NCBI GenBank assembly: GCA_964016885.1
Contig: OZ024763.1
Span: 9,486,001-9,550,000, forward strand
DNA length: 64,000 nt
From: Eledone cirrhosa
Taxonomy: Eukaryota
Reading direction: 5' to 3'
This document shows, piece after piece, positions 60,916 to 64,000 of the stretch. Below the pieces are notes generated by a model. That model ran no database searches, had not been told where the DNA came from, and saw only the letters and a program-made list of their open reading frames with translations. Position numbers and translations under genes: made by a program. Position 1 is the stretch's first letter. Every line of letters begins with the position of its first letter.

Positions 60916-62393
60916 TTAAAGTCCATCTGACGGGCTTCCAAACAGCTTCCGTCTACCCAATTTCCCTTACAAGGCATTGAAAACAACCCTAGGGCCCTAT
61001 GATTACGAAACAAAGTTCATAACCATTCGGTCTTGCTTCATCCACATTAAATACCAATATACAGTACATACTTATTTATATATTTAGTAGTAGAATTGAA
61101 AGAGACAACAAACAAAAGAATAATAGTGGGGGTAATGTTGGTGGTGGTTGTAATGATAGAACATCAATCAAAATTTCTTGCCATCGATATGGATTCTTCG
61201 AAATTTAAAATAAATAAAAAAAAAGTGATGAGTCTCTTGCTCAATAATTTAATAAATCGATTATCGATTCAGGAGAGAAGGGGTGCAGGGTAGATTTTTC
61301 CTAGGAGAAAAGCAAAATGCCTAAGTTGATTCCATGATCTTTAGCCCTTTTGAAGCCAAACTGCCTGAAACCACCTCTAATTTTACGATATAAAACTTTG
61401 TTTTCTTACATATAATTATGTAAGAACCTTTAAGTTACGTTCCAAACACCAAGTTAATAATCAGAAAGTTGTTTATATTACCAAACCCCTCCAAATTCTT
61501 GGGTATTTTCATTAGAAATATGCTAACGAAAAGGTTTATAAAAAATTCCCATCATAATTTTATGTAAGAACATTTAAGTTATATTCCAAATCAGACGAAG
61601 AAGTCAATTATCAAATCCCTCCAATTCTAGATTATTTTCCATATTTATTGAGAATCAGAGGCAGTCTTTCATTAGAAATATGTTAACAAAAGGGTTAGTG
61701 TTTACATTTATCTAAAAACCTTCAATCATAATTTTATGTAAGAACCTTTCTTAAATTATGTTCCAAATGAGAAGGTTATATTACTAAATCCCTTCAAATT
61801 CTCGAGTATTTTCAAAATGATTTGAAATATCAGAGCAGTATCTTTCATAAAAAATATGGCAAGGAAAGAATTGATACGTTTGTTATTGCATCGATCTGTG
61901 AATAGAAGAAATATTAGTTTCTCTAGCTACACTGATTTGAACACAAACATACTGCTTTAAAACCTTAATTTATCGATTTTATTGCAACATTACTAATAAA
62001 TGGTTTTATCACAATAATTGTTTCTACTTTTGGCGCAAGGCCAGCCATATACCAGTGAATTACTGGTACTTTATTTTATCGACCCCGTAAGGATGAAAGG
62101 CAAAGTTAACCTCGGCGGGATTATCACAATAATGACAACTAAAACTTTAAAAATTGATCGAAGAATTCACGAGTATTTGAAAAGGTCTTTCATACACACA
62201 TACTTTGCAGATAAACAGTCTTCAGAAAGTTTTCCAAACTCCATGCAGAATAAATAACTCGTGGATTGGCGCGCGTGTTTATATGACTCTAATTATATAT
62301 ATATATATATATAGGCGTGTGTTTATTATTATGTGTGTATATTTCTATATATGTATATATTATGTATCATGTATATATATATATATATTATGT

Positions 62394-62461
<68 letters not shown>

Positions 62462-62653
62462 CGTGTATGTGTGTGTGTACATTAGAAACATGTGAGTGCG
62501 TAAGCAAGCAAATATATATATATATAAATGAAAGGTATAGAAAATATTGTAGCAAAAAGCTATATATATATATATATATAGTAAAAGGGATATTCAATAT
62601 ATTGTATATATATATATAGTAAAGAAAATGAAAACAGGAAGAATGTCTCTTAC

Positions 62654-62881
62654 TCGCCGTGCAATGGGTATATAATCACACAAAGGATCTTCATCATCTC
62701 TGTCATACTTCAGTTTGGTAATGATGTGTTCCATGGACAAGTTCGGAGACAGTAATAGTGATGATGGTAGTGGTAGTGGAGGTGGTGATCGGTTGCTAGT
62801 ATTGTCGTGGTCGCCGTCGTTGGCGACGATGACAGGGCCTAGCCGGGAACAATCCCAGACGTCTCTCGCCTCACTGGCCAT
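62654..62881 (-). CDS. CROCC: Candidate first coding exon of rootletin (76 codons, phase 0)
   Basis: ATG at 62881, GC-richer non-repeat sequence, donor cga|gtaaga at 62654/62653 in phase 0, compatible with the 45368 acceptor. NLSMEHIITKL loosely resembles vertebrate ELTLETVIQTL. Confidence 0.5.
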
Positions 62882-64000
62882 CCTATCAACCTATTCTCTC
62901 CTCCCTTATGTGTGTATATCTATATATATATGTGTGTGTGTGTGTATGATATATTTGTGTATGTATGTCTCAAACTTCCCTCCTTCTCACTTAACCATCC
63001 CCTCCTCTTTCAACTACTCTCTCTTGTGTGTTTATATGTAAAATATCCCTCTCTCTCTCACTTAGCCATTTTCTCCCTTTTTCCTTCACTTCTATGTCTA
63101 TCATGTTTGAAAACAACTACAGAGAAATTTGCATCTCATCTTTCTCTTGTCTCACTTATATATGTCTGTCTATCTATTTTGTCTAACAACAGTCAAACTT
63201 CCCTCTCTATTGTCTGTCTCTCAGTTATCCTCACTATCTGTCTCTTTCTTTCTCTCACTTTCTCTCTTCTTTTATATGCCTGTCTATCTCCCACTAACAA
63301 CAAACTACAACAACAACAACAGTAAAACTTAGCCATCCCCTCTCTTGTCTCTCGTCAACAACAACTACTGCAATAGTCAAATTCTCTTCTCATTTAGCCA
63401 TTCCATCTCTCTATCTATATCTCTGTGTAACAACTACAACTACTGCAATAGTCAAATCTTCCCTATTAATATATCGAAATAAAGAAAAAGAAAATAGATT
63501 TCAAATATATCCACGGAATCACAACGAAAAGCCCAAAACTGTTTACTGGTTGGGTGCTGAGCTTGGATGGCTGGTAGGTACTTATTGCCAAAATATAAAA
63601 AAAATAAACAAAACAAAAGCAAAGTTTCAAAAACAAATTTTATACTACTACTACCACTACTACTACCACTACTGCTACTACATCAAGGGCATCTGCAGTG
63701 GTAGTAGTATTGATGGTGGTTTGGCTATAAAAAACTATGGTAGTTGTATTTGTGGTGTGTGGTAATGGTGATAGTTTGTTTATAATAACTATAGTAGTAG
63801 TAGTAGTAGCGCTGGTAACGGTTAAATTTTGTTTTTTACTTCCTAAATGACATACGGAGCCATTTATAATTTGGTTTGGGGGAGGGTGGGGGAGGAAATG
63901 AGCGTTGGAGGCGATGATTGTGGTGATAATGATGATGATGGTGGTGACGATGGTGGTGATGATGATGAAGATGGTGGTAATATATTTTCCGTAGTTTTCA

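Noticed and set aside
62172-62230. Minus-strand CTGAAGA...GAAA hammerhead candidate
   Set aside because: Stem II does not pair convincingly; likely chance or too decayed to call.

Overview
AT-rich, repeat-saturated eukaryotic (metazoan) DNA. The tRNA-derived SINEs, (TA)n/(AAT)n microsatellites and RTE/Dong LINE mix suggest an octopus or other cephalopod; this is an inference. Most of the window appears to be intronic sequence of a minus-strand rootletin (CROCC) gene. One exon is clear at 45072-45368 and there is a candidate first coding exon at 62654-62881. The rest is decayed mobile DNA: R4/Dong, RTE (with an internal PHD finger), Tx1/L1, CR1-type LINEs, a Penelope-like GIY-YIG fragment, non-autonomous Helitrons with reconstructable empty sites, a mariner fragment, MITEs, SINEs and a U2 snRNA pseudogene fragment. 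The most notable unannotated signal is about a dozen type I hammerhead-ribozyme-like motifs (CTGANGA-stem II-GAAA-palindromic stem III-UH). They belong to at least five unrelated short non-coding repeat families, several arranged as inverted repeats or palindromes, consistent with Penelope pseudo-LTR or retrozyme-like RNA elements. All calls are by eye; no database searches or folding programs were run.
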